Source: an uncultured Desulfatitalea sp.
GTDB lineage: Bacteria > Desulfobacterota > Desulfobacteria > Desulfobacterales > Desulfosarcinaceae
Length of the DNA stretch: 64,000 bases
Assembly: GCA_963668675.2 (NCBI GenBank)
Contig: CAXXMB010000001.1
Coordinates: 960,001 to 1,024,000 of the forward strand
Reading direction: 5' to 3'
In this document: in pieces, positions 39,032 to 48,287 of the stretch
How positions within the stretch are numbered: the stretch's first letter is position 1
How the letters are laid out: every line of letters begins with the position of its first letter
Notes under the pieces: generated by a model
What the model was told of the DNA's origin: nothing
The model's input: the letters and a program-made list of their open reading frames with translations, nothing else
Databases searched by the model: none
Program-made: the position numbers and the translations under genes

Positions 39032-39956
39032 TGGTTTGCTCTTTTCGACTGTTTTTCAGGAAGACGCGTGCCCTCTCAACCTCATCCTCAATTTGCGGCC
39101 GTTTCTGCAGGATATCTTCCGTTTTCAATGAGATGCGCCCAGACAACTCCTGAATCATCATCTCATCCCCCACCCCGTCGCCGGACGCACCGATTTGCAG
39201 GTGGTGGGCTATCTGGTTCCCCAGACTCATGGCATACAACAGATCGCTTGGCTCACACCCCTCGGACAGCGGCCGGTGATGGTTCATAATGGCATGTTTC
39301 ATGTCGTTGCTCAACTTCCATTTGGCGCCAATAAGCCAACCCACCTGGCAGTGGTCGAAACCGATGAAACGACTCTCCGCCTGATACAGGGGAATCTCAT
39401 CATCCTCACTGCTGGCCATTGCCTGGTGATAGAGATCCGCGAAACAGGCGATCATTGGCAACTTACCGAGATCATGTAACAAGCCGGCAACAAAGTACTC
39501 CTCCTGGGCAATCACCGGAATGCGCATCATCTTGGCAATCGTTTTGGTGGTGACCCCGACGCAGAGGCAGTGGGCCCAGTAATCGTCCATCGAAAAACGG
39601 CTGGCCGCGGAGGTCGACTTGAACGAAGCGAGTACCGATGTTGCCAGGACCAGGTTTTTCACCGTGTTGAGCCCCAGCATGATAATGGCTCTGGTCAGGG
39701 ACGTCACCCTGTTCGGCAAGCTGTAGTAGGCCGAGTTGATCAGGCGCAGCACCTGCCCGGCCAGCACCGGATCGTAGGAGATGAGCCGGTTGAGTTCATC
39801 GGGTGACGTGTCCGGGTTGTTGCACACCTCCAGCACCTTGGTCACCGTCGTGGAGAGGCTCGGCATTCTGGAAATGTATACCTGTATTTGTTTTAATCTA
39901 TCCTCCGGCAATGCCGGAGCTTCCATATCAGGGGCTTTCATCATACTCGGCACCAT
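39021..39956 (-). CDS. HDOD domain protein
   Basis: DPVLAGQVLRLINSAYY, GLLHDLGK, GFDHCQVG. Confidence 0.92.
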   Translation of the reverse strand: MVPSMMKAPDMEAPALPEDRLKQIQVYISRMPSLSTTVTKVLEVCNNPDTSPDELNRLISYDPVLAGQVLRLINSAYYSLPNRVTSLTRAIIMLGLNTVKNLVLATSVLASFKSTSAASRFSMDDYWAHCLCVGVTTKTIAKMMRIPVIAQEEYFVAGLLHDLGKLPMIACFADLYHQAMASSEDDEIPLYQAESRFIGFDHCQVGWLIGAKWKLSNDMKHAIMNHHRPLSEGCEPSDLLYAMSLGNQIAHHLQIGASGDGVGDEMMIQELSGRISLKTEDILQKRPQIEDEVERARVFLKNSRKEQTNAH

Positions 39957-40117
39957 CCGTCCGTATACCCTTCAAATGCTTCGAACCGCACACTGCTTGC
40001 CGTTTCGCAACGCCATCTGGATATTTCGGTATTAATTAGCATCGGCGTTCAATCACACTTTCATATCTGTAGATCCAACCGTCGCCATCACCGTTCACAA
40101 ATCGTCTGCATATCCCT

Positions 40118-40133
40118 GGCAAAAGCCGTGCCA
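40118..40133 (-). promoter_or_regulatory. Sigma54 promoter of the HDOD-MBL operon
   Basis: Minus strand TGGCACGGCTTTTGCC, essentially consensus. Confidence 0.78.
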
Positions 40134-40440
40134 GCGAACGGCTATCAAGGTTTTGGTCCGCGTGCCTCTTTTCGATCTGGCCGAACCCCCCCTTCGTGTA
40201 ATCATTACCAATTATTTTCAACCTATTACAAGGAGGACAAAAATTCAATCCCTCATTAGGGGTATGAAAAAAAATCAACCCCACTATCGGTGTGTCAACG
40301 ACTTGACGACCAAAAGTACCACGCAATGGGTTTTGCAATTTGCAACCGCAAGGTGACGTTTTGTGTCCGAACATGGTCCCCTCAGCCACAATCAATTTTT
40401 CTATCTGACTGTTATTTTTATCTATATTATTTTAAGAGTT

Positions 40441-40456
40441 CGGCACGATCCTTGTA
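40441..40456 (+). promoter_or_regulatory. Sigma54-like promoter of the rod-like gene
   Basis: CGGCACGATCCTTGTA (GT instead of GC at -12), AT-rich tract just upstream. Confidence 0.6.
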
Positions 40457-40557
40457 GTAACATTCATAACAACCGGTGCATCGGATCGAAAAAAATCGCC
40501 TGCACGCTTAAGGCCCGGATCCCGGAACGCGCCTCAACCTGCGACAGGGAGCATTAA

Positions 40558-40911
40558 ATGGTCGGCTCAGTGTATCCAGCTCTTTCGGCTTTGTCCGCTT
40601 TCCAGAATAAAATGGACGTTACCGCCAACAACGTGGCCAATGTCAATACGGACGGCTTCAAGAAGAGCCGGACCAACATGCAGGAAGCCAGCACCGGCGG
40701 CGTCACCGCCTCCATCCAACAAATCGACACCCCGGGCATCGTCCGAGAGATCATCGGCAGCGAAGGCATCGAGGAGGTGGAGTCCTCCAACGTCGACCTT
40801 GCTGAAGAGCTGCCTGAAATGATCAGCACCAAGACCGCATACAGCGCCAACATCAAAACCGTTCAGACCCAGGACGAGATGCTGGGCTCCCTTCTCGACA
40901 TCATCGGCTGA
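40558..40911 (+). CDS. Small flagellar basal-body rod/hook family protein (FlgC/FlgE-like termini)
   Basis: ANNVANVNTDGFK and SNVDLAEE...AYSAN. Confidence 0.88.
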   Translation: MVGSVYPALSALSAFQNKMDVTANNVANVNTDGFKKSRTNMQEASTGGVTASIQQIDTPGIVREIIGSEGIEEVESSNVDLAEELPEMISTKTAYSANIKTVQTQDEMLGSLLDIIG

Positions 40912-41285
40912 CCGCCCCCCCCAATTCTGACAAGCCATTCCGGTTGGCCTGCCAGAAATCTCCTTAACCTCTCTGCTGCAAAGGAGATCTTCATTCCGAA
41001 ACAAAAGCAACGGGTTATACCTCGACATAAGGGGTATTTTAACAGATGACGGCAAATCCAGTCGCGGGGCGAGTGCGCACCTATTGCGCAATAATATCGG
41101 TTTTCAGTAGAAAAGAAGCAGGAAGATGAACGATCGGTGGCAAGACGTTTGTGCAGATGGGTCGGCATCGACCCGGGGGCGGCTCGCTCTTCGCCCCCGG
41201 CAGGAAGTTCGGTCGGCTTCATAGTCGTGGAACGGCAACCGAACCTCTACAGAATGGTTTACCAAAGGGAAGATAATCCCCTCTG

Positions 41286-41567
41286 TCATGAGTTTATCTT
41301 CTCTCTTAACTTCCCGGAGCATTTAAACGTTACGACTTTGCGCTGGGACAGGATAAGATCGTCTCCTGTGGCGGGATTACGGCCTCGGCGCTCTCTTTTA
41401 TTCTTAACGCAAAACTTCCCGAAACCACTGATCAGAACATCTTCACCATTCTCTAACGTATTTTTGATGATCTCGATCAGCCCCTCAATCACTTCTGTAC
41501 TTTTGTTTTTTGGAAACGGTAATTCTTCATGAATGATATCGACGATCTGGGCTTTGGTCAGGGTCAT
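41286..41567 (-). CDS. ihfA: Integration host factor alpha subunit
   Basis: MTLTKA, VLISGFGKF, RRGRNPATG, RKVVTFKCS. Confidence 0.9.
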   Translation of the reverse strand: MTLTKAQIVDIIHEELPFPKNKSTEVIEGLIEIIKNTLENGEDVLISGFGKFCVKNKRERRGRNPATGDDLILSQRKVVTFKCSGKLREKINS

Positions 41568-41628
41568 GATCCAACTGCTCCTTTATGGTATGAATAGTAA
41601 TCCATCTAGTATCGTCAGCAATTTCAGT

Positions 41629-41657
41629 TATCTAATGCCTATGCGGCTTTTTGTCAA
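41629..41657 (-). promoter_or_regulatory. Sigma70-type promoter of ihfA
   Basis: TTGACA-N17-TAGATA on the minus strand. Confidence 0.45.
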
Positions 41658-41967
41658 GAAAATAAGCGCGTTATCTTTAAAAATCTCATTAAGGCCTGCC
41701 ACGACACCCCCTATAGAAAATAACCGAAATAGTTTTTACGATCTGTTTTTATTACAATATTTAAATTTTTACCAATAAATTTTTCGTTTTTGGAGCACGA
41801 CATACAACCGGCCCGATATCGGCGCTCTTCGAACGATCCTAAGTGCTGTTTTATCGGCCAGTCCACCCTTCATTTCCGCATCGAAAAAAGAGGAACGCCG
41901 CCATGGGAAGTAACCGTCATCCCGTGCCGGCGGCCTGTGCCCCATACAGCGACAAAAACCAAACAGA

Positions 41968-41997
41968 AAGGGCTTGTGAGTTACCCCACAAACCCTT
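41968..41997 (-). terminator. Intrinsic terminator after tRNA-Pro
   Basis: Hairpin AAGGGTTTGTGGGG-TAA-CTCACAAGCCCTT followed by a T-rich run. Confidence 0.65.
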
Positions 41998-42006
41998 GCT
42001 TCTTTT

Positions 42007-42083
42007 TGGTCGGGACAGCAGGATTTGAACCTGCGACCCCAGCGTCCCGAACGCTGTGCTCTACCAGACTGAGCCATGTCCCG
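42007..42083 (-). tRNA. tRNA-Pro(CGG)
   Basis: 77 nt CGGGACATGGCTCAG...CAGCG-TT-CGG-GA-CGCTG...GGTTCAAATCC...CCA cloverleaf. Confidence 0.96.
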
Positions 42084-42154
42084 AATTAAAGCGCCGTTAT
42101 TAAGTCAAACTGCGCTTAAAGTCAATATATTTCCGTGCAATTATTCGACAACTT

Positions 42155-43459
<1,305 letters not shown>

Positions 43460-43504
43460 TCAACACTCCTCAAGGGCTGACAGACTGCAAACGAGCGCAC
43501 TCCC

Positions 43505-44020
43505 CTACCCACCGGTTGTGCCGACACCGCCACCCCCCTGTTTGGCTTGAGCTCTTTTCTCTCTGAAAAATTCCTGGATAACCGCCCGGCACGCCTCCTC
43601 GCACACGCCTGACGTGATCTCAATCTGGTGATTGAGACGACCGTCCCGGGCCAAATCGTACAAAGAGCCCGCCGCGCCCCATTTGGGGTCGGGGGCTCCG
43701 TAAACAAGCCGTGCCACCCTTGCGTGAATCACTGCTCCCATGCACATGACACAAGGCTCGATATTAACATATAAGGTCGACGATAACAAACGATAGTTTC
43801 CCAACATCCGCCCCGCTTCGCGCAGCGCCAGTATCTCGGCATGGGCCGACGGGTCGCACCTTCCGATGGCCTGATTATGCCCCCTTGCCACCACGACACC
43901 GTCACCTCCCACCAGCACAGCCCCCACCGGCACCTCTCCCTCGGAGCGGGCCTTGAACGCCTCCTCGATCGCCATCTCCATGAAAAATTGATCGCGCCTA
44001 TGCGGGTCCCTTATGTCCAT
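43505..44020 (-). CDS. tadA: tRNA adenosine(34) deaminase
   Basis: GEVPVGAVLV, AHAE, EPCVMC, LNH. Confidence 0.95.
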   Translation of the reverse strand: MDIRDPHRRDQFFMEMAIEEAFKARSEGEVPVGAVLVGGDGVVVARGHNQAIGRCDPSAHAEILALREAGRMLGNYRLLSSTLYVNIEPCVMCMGAVIHARVARLVYGAPDPKWGAAGSLYDLARDGRLNHQIEITSGVCEEACRAVIQEFFREKRAQAKQGGGGVGTTGG

Positions 44021-44158
44021 TGAAGTGAATGCCGCCTCCGGTTTTTAATGATAACGCACCCGAAAGTTGTCGGGCCCCTTTTGCAAAACATACCAACTAA
44101 TCGTTGACAATCAGGCAACTATAGCTTAAGAAGTGCCCCTGTTTCAAACAGAAACCAT

Positions 44159-44235
44159 GCGCCTGTAGCTCAGCTGGATAGAGTGCCGGACTACGAATCC
44201 GTAGGTCGCAGGTTCGAATCCTGCCAGGCGCGCCA
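44159..44235 (+). tRNA. tRNA-Arg(ACG), left copy (attL)
   Basis: 77 nt GCGCCTGTAGCTCAG...CT-ACG-AA...GGTTCGAATCC...CCA. Confidence 0.96.
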
Positions 44236-44242
44236 TTTTTTT

Positions 44243-44281
44243 AAAAGGGAATTCAGGGAGTATCACCTGGTTCCCTTTTTT
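44243..44281 (+). terminator. Intrinsic terminator after the left tRNA-Arg
   Basis: AAAAGGGAATTCAGG-GAGTATCA-CCTGGTTCCCTTTTTT. Confidence 0.7.
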
Positions 44282-44302
44282 GTTTGGTGGGTGCGCTGTG
44301 GG

Positions 44303-44324
44303 GGGTGTGTACATAGGGTGTAAT
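44303..44324 (+). repeat. Putative integrase arm-type site (left)
   Basis: GGGTGTGTACATAGGGTGTAAT, 21/22 identical to 56436-56457. Confidence 0.7.
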
Positions 44325-44393
44325 TTTTTGGGGTGTGTGGCCTGTTGTGACACCTCCAATTATTATTAAAATTATATATAAATAATCAGCCTT

Positions 44394-44912
44394 CTATGTC
44401 GCATCCATTTGTTCTCTGAGAGATGCTATTGCGCTATCAATTTTGACAAGGAAATTTTCATGCATCTCTATTGCGGTTTGGATATTTCCGCCATTGATAA
44501 ATATATAACCAGGCAGAGCGTCCGTATCTGATACTTCCCAACACATAATGCTCAATCTCTCCGGTAGCTCTTTAACCAGTGCATGGGCCTTTAATATCAA
44601 TGTAATTTCCTCGAGTGACAGTAATCCTATTTTGTCTATCAACCCGTCGAGGACATTGCCAATCTTGTTTTTGGGAATCAGTGCCGAGTCACCTTCACCT
44701 TTCTTCATGGTTCGGATTCTATCTTTGAAAGCATCGCGCATGCATTCAAGCTCCGAGCATATAGCAGTTCTAACGGCTTTTCTTTCATGAGCAATTTGGT
44801 TCATCCTTTCCTCGCGCACAATCTTCGCATTCTGCTTTAGCGTAAGGATCACACCAATGAACCCTATTATACCTACTATTCCTGTCTGGAAGTCCTTCAG
44901 AATCTCAAACAT
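44394..44912 (-). CDS. Hypothetical protein with N-terminal TM helix
   Basis: 172 aa; GIVGIIGFIGVILTL followed by a helical soluble domain. Confidence 0.7.
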   Translation of the reverse strand: MFEILKDFQTGIVGIIGFIGVILTLKQNAKIVREERMNQIAHERKAVRTAICSELECMRDAFKDRIRTMKKGEGDSALIPKNKIGNVLDGLIDKIGLLSLEEITLILKAHALVKELPERLSIMCWEVSDTDALPGYIFINGGNIQTAIEMHENFLVKIDSAIASLREQMDAT

Positions 44913-44945
44913 TGTCTCCGTCCAGAAGAGTTTAATAGCATCGAT

Positions 44946-45335
44946 TCAACCCCACAAGGAGAAGATATAAACGATAAGCAAAGAATACCCAATTATGACT
45001 GCCGCGACCTTAGTGAGCATGCATGTGTGTATAAGTCCAGGCCAAACTCCGCTGTGGCTCAATTCTTCATTTTCTCCTGTTTGTCGCCTCTCATGTCCCT
45101 TGAAAAAGCAGTACCATATAGCATACCCTAATAGATACTGAAGAAGGTCGAAAGTCAAAGATAGGCAGAAAAACAAAAGGGGCTTTAACAGCGCCTCTGG
45201 GATTTTAGGCGCGCTCGTAGACTGGACTTTAAAAAGCCAAATAACAGCGATTCCAGCGAAAGACAGCTGCCTTACCACATCACTTGCTTTAGCTGAAAAC
45301 CATTGATAGTCGGCCTTATAATCTTTCAGCTTCAT
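44946..45335 (-). CDS. Hypothetical membrane protein (about 3 TM)
   Basis: 129 aa, three hydrophobic stretches; start overlaps the HU stop (ATGA). Confidence 0.75.
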   Translation of the reverse strand: MKLKDYKADYQWFSAKASDVVRQLSFAGIAVIWLFKVQSTSAPKIPEALLKPLLFFCLSLTFDLLQYLLGYAIWYCFFKGHERRQTGENEELSHSGVWPGLIHTCMLTKVAAVIIGYSLLIVYIFSLWG

Positions 45336-45646
45336 TTTCTTCTTGGTCCTGTGTCTCCAGTACCGCTGCCCACTGCTTTCTTCAGTCTATTGCCAACTTT
45401 GAATTTTACGACATTGGATGCCTTTACTTTGAGGACTTCACCAGTTTGTGGGTTACGCGCTTTACGGGCCTTTTTATGGACCTTTTGAAAAGTACCAAAG
45501 CCTCTAAGAGTAACCTTTCCATCCTTTTTTGATAATGAAGTACTAACAGCCTTTACAAATGAATTTAAAGCAGTCCTTGCTGCTGCCTTAGATATACCCG
45601 CATCCTTTGCCATCTTCTCGATTAATTCGTCTTTAGTCATTTTCAA
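45332..45646 (-). CDS. HU family DNA-binding protein
   Basis: MTKDELI, GFGTF, ARKARNPQTGE, VKFK. Confidence 0.9.
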   Translation of the reverse strand: MKMTKDELIEKMAKDAGISKAAARTALNSFVKAVSTSLSKKDGKVTLRGFGTFQKVHKKARKARNPQTGEVLKVKASNVVKFKVGNRLKKAVGSGTGDTGPRRK

Positions 45647-46094
45647 CCGTCCTTGCCTTATTCATGGAAAAATACTAATACCTCATATTAACAAAAAGAC
45701 GGAAAGTGTCTTTTACACATTAAGGAATATGGTCAGAGAAGGAACAGGCAAAGCCTTCCCCCTTGTAGCATATCATGCTGATAAATCAAAATATTTACTA
45801 AACACCAACCACACTTTCATTCCCCACACAAAAATCTGATCCGGTATACGTTACCATCTGGTGAGAATTTCCCCCCTTGACCCTCAGGCTCCTCATTGCC
45901 ATCCACAGGCAATCAACACTCTACCCGGCACAGCACCAAGGTCCGGCCCGGCGCGTGGATAATACAACAGGAGCCACAGAACCACGGAGCACAGGCCTCA
46001 TGATGTCAACGCATAAGGCATCAAGAGGGATACCCATGGCATAACAGATGGTTACCGACAATCTACACCGAGGAGCGGCACAAAGTGTGGCGGA

Positions 46095-46117
46095 TTAGTT
46101 TGCCCACTATAGAAGTA
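46095..46117 (+). promoter_or_regulatory. T7/SP6-like phage RNAP promoter motif 1
   Basis: TTAGTTTGCCCACTATA|GAAGTA; core CACTATAGAAG matches the SP6 promoter core. Confidence 0.45.
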
Positions 46118-46158
46118 ACTGGGCGTTTTTCGCAGCCGCGCCTAAGCGGCGCTCAAGA

Positions 46159-46788
46159 CTACCCAGCAGCAACCGGGACAAGACCACGACTCGACACAAA
46201 GTGTTTCATGGTCGACCACGAGACAGAATAGATCCGGGCGACGTTGGCAAGGTTCACACCTTTATCGAGGTATCCTTTTATATCAGCCTCCTTGCCGTCC
46301 AGCTTTGAGCTGGTGGTTCCTTTGGGTCTGCCCAGGAGCTTACCTTCGGCCCTTGCCCTCTTCAGTCCTTCCTTGGTCCGTTCCGACACCAGGTCTCTCT
46401 CAATCTCAGCAAACAGAGAAAACATGGTCAGCATGACTTTGGTGGACATGTCGCGCTTCCCATTGATTTCCATGCCTTCCTTTATACAAACCACCTTGAC
46501 GCCCTGCTTAACGAACCCTTCGACCAGGACAGCTATCTGACCAACCGACCGGGCCAACCGGGACAGCTCAGCAAGGATAAGGGTGTCTCCCTGCTTCAGC
46601 GTTTCTTTCAGCTCGTCCAGCTTTCGCCTTTCAGCCGATTTCCTGGAGGATGCCTGAACCTCTACCCAATGGTCGACGTTGCCGCCTTTCTTGTTGACGT
46701 GCTCAAGGATGCTCAGGCGCTGGTTGTCTGTGGTCTGCTTGTCAGTCGAGACTCGGATGTAACCGATGGTGCGATGCTTGGTTGCCAT
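46159..46788 (-). CDS. Small serine recombinase (resolvase/invertase)
   Basis: GYIRVST catalytic Ser, LSRLARS, FAEIERDLVSERTKEG, GRPKG + HTH. Confidence 0.95.
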   Translation of the reverse strand: MATKHRTIGYIRVSTDKQTTDNQRLSILEHVNKKGGNVDHWVEVQASSRKSAERRKLDELKETLKQGDTLILAELSRLARSVGQIAVLVEGFVKQGVKVVCIKEGMEINGKRDMSTKVMLTMFSLFAEIERDLVSERTKEGLKRARAEGKLLGRPKGTTSSKLDGKEADIKGYLDKGVNLANVARIYSVSWSTMKHFVSSRGLVPVAAG

Positions 46789-46969
46789 GGTAGCTGCCCT
46801 CCTTTGTGTGGTTTCACTAAGAAAACGTCATTTCAGATTTATTCCCTAGCAAGGTTCACCGAGGAAGTCTAGCCTTTTCTTGCTGAACACGGCAGAAAGT
46901 TAACGTTCGTTTTATTGGTGATTTGAGGACCTGAGGGTGGTCTGTAATATACCGGTATCGTTTGGGATT

Positions 46970-46992
46970 ATTTTTCCCTCACTATAGAATCT
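46970..46992 (+). promoter_or_regulatory. T7/SP6-like phage RNAP promoter motif 2
   Basis: ATTTTTCCCTCACTATA|GAATCT; CTCACTATAG as in T7, about 120 bp upstream of the + strand operon. Confidence 0.45.
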
Positions 46993-47106
46993 TTTTTGGT
47001 CACTAAGCGACTTCCTCAGTCAAAACCCAGCCTAAAATTTCAAAACATATAACCACCAATTAATCAGCCGCTTTGCAGCGGCACTAATAAGAAAGGAGGC
47101 ATACAC

Positions 47107-47550
47107 ATGCCTAAAAAGCGATACCAGGGCGGAACGCCCAATGCACAAAAGCCCATGAAGCAACTTCAAGCACGGATCGAGGGCAAGTCCACGATGGTCT
47201 GCGCCCATCTCGATGAGATGCACATGAAGTGGCTGGAGGGCATACAGGGGTTTTGTCAGAACGGCATGCACCTGGACCCATCGAAACCCGTGGTTATCGC
47301 CAGGGCTCTTGAGGTCTACTTTTGGATGCTTGCCAACAAGCTCATCGATATCCGGGTTAAGGAAGAGAATGGGCAGCTTGATCCTGGTGAGTTCCTTGAG
47401 CACCTCGCTGGGGCTCTTTACGAGGAGCGTACAGCCCTTCTCAGATCAGCTAACCGGATATCCTCAAGTGCCACCGACACGCAGTTCCAGGCTCAGGGGG
47501 TGGAGACCATAATAGGAAAGGAGAAGAAGGATGGCAGCAAAGACAGATAA
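47107..47550 (+). CDS. Hypothetical protein
   Basis: 147 aa, strong RBS AAAGGAGG. Confidence 0.7.
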   Translation: MPKKRYQGGTPNAQKPMKQLQARIEGKSTMVCAHLDEMHMKWLEGIQGFCQNGMHLDPSKPVVIARALEVYFWMLANKLIDIRVKEENGQLDPGEFLEHLAGALYEERTALLRSANRISSSATDTQFQAQGVETIIGKEKKDGSKDR

Positions 47551-47854
47551 ACCGATGGACTTCAGAGCCAAACGGCAGGAGCTCCTCGGTCTCTGGGAGC
47601 GCATGTTCAAGCTGTGTGATGCCCTGGTGGCCTCCGCCGAGAAGGGAGAGAAGGACCTCAAGGCGTCCATGGTGAAGGAGCTGAACGGGTTCCTGAAGCT
47701 CTCCAAGGACATCCTGGACACTGCCGAGCAAGAAGCAGAGCAAGAGCAGCTAAGGCTTTCGTTTGGAGAAGAGATGGGAGACGAGGAGTTCGAGGACATT
47801 AAGGATACCTACGACTATAGCGACTTCCACCAGGCAAAGAAGATGAACTACTAA
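47531..47854 (+). CDS. Hypothetical protein with acidic C-terminus
   Basis: 107 aa, overlaps the upstream ORF, RBS AGGAG. Confidence 0.7.
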   Translation: MAAKTDKPMDFRAKRQELLGLWERMFKLCDALVASAEKGEKDLKASMVKELNGFLKLSKDILDTAEQEAEQEQLRLSFGEEMGDEEFEDIKDTYDYSDFHQAKKMNY

Positions 47855-47879
47855 ATCAATCAAAACAGAAAGGACCGCT

Positions 47880-48212
47880 ATGAATATTTTCATCATGTTA
47901 AGCCGCTTAATGTCAAAAGAACAAGATGCCCCCTCAGACGAACTGGTGAAAGCAATGTCTCAAGTTCTCACCTCATTGAATAAAATGGGTTGCATTGAAG
48001 AAAGTGATGCAATTAGCGACCTTTTCATGGATAGGAAATACACAGAAAGCCTTATGCTTGCCCGTGATGTCTATAAAAAACGAGCACTTCCATGCCTTAC
48101 CGATACGCTCGAGGCAAAAGGCTTTGTGTTTGCTGCGAAGGAGATAAGAGAACGCAACTATGATGACAGTGCCCTGGACTTAGCGTTGGAGATTGTCGAT
48201 CAAATTTCTTAG
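47880..48212 (+). CDS. Hypothetical protein
   Basis: 110 aa, RBS AAAGGA; more AT-rich than its neighbours. Confidence 0.6.
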   Translation: MNIFIMLSRLMSKEQDAPSDELVKAMSQVLTSLNKMGCIEESDAISDLFMDRKYTESLMLARDVYKKRALPCLTDTLEAKGFVFAAKEIRERNYDDSALDLALEIVDQIS

Positions 48213-48287
48213 CTAAGGATAAGTACGACGGCTGCTAAACAACTAAACAGATACCAAAGTCAAAGCTAAAGGAGGCTTACAGACACC

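Noticed and set aside
41045..41095. c-di-GMP-I riboswitch (GGCAAA start)
   Set aside because: Lacks the GAAA tetraloop stem and the second hairpin.
41769..42089. ORFs over tRNA-Pro, and 44144-44359 over tRNA-Arg
   Set aside because: They are translations of tRNA genes.
44159..44235. tRNA-Arg as a pseudogene because of a C-U mismatch at the top of the anticodon stem
   Set aside because: All other arms and the CCA end are intact, both copies are identical, and 27-43 mismatches are tolerated.
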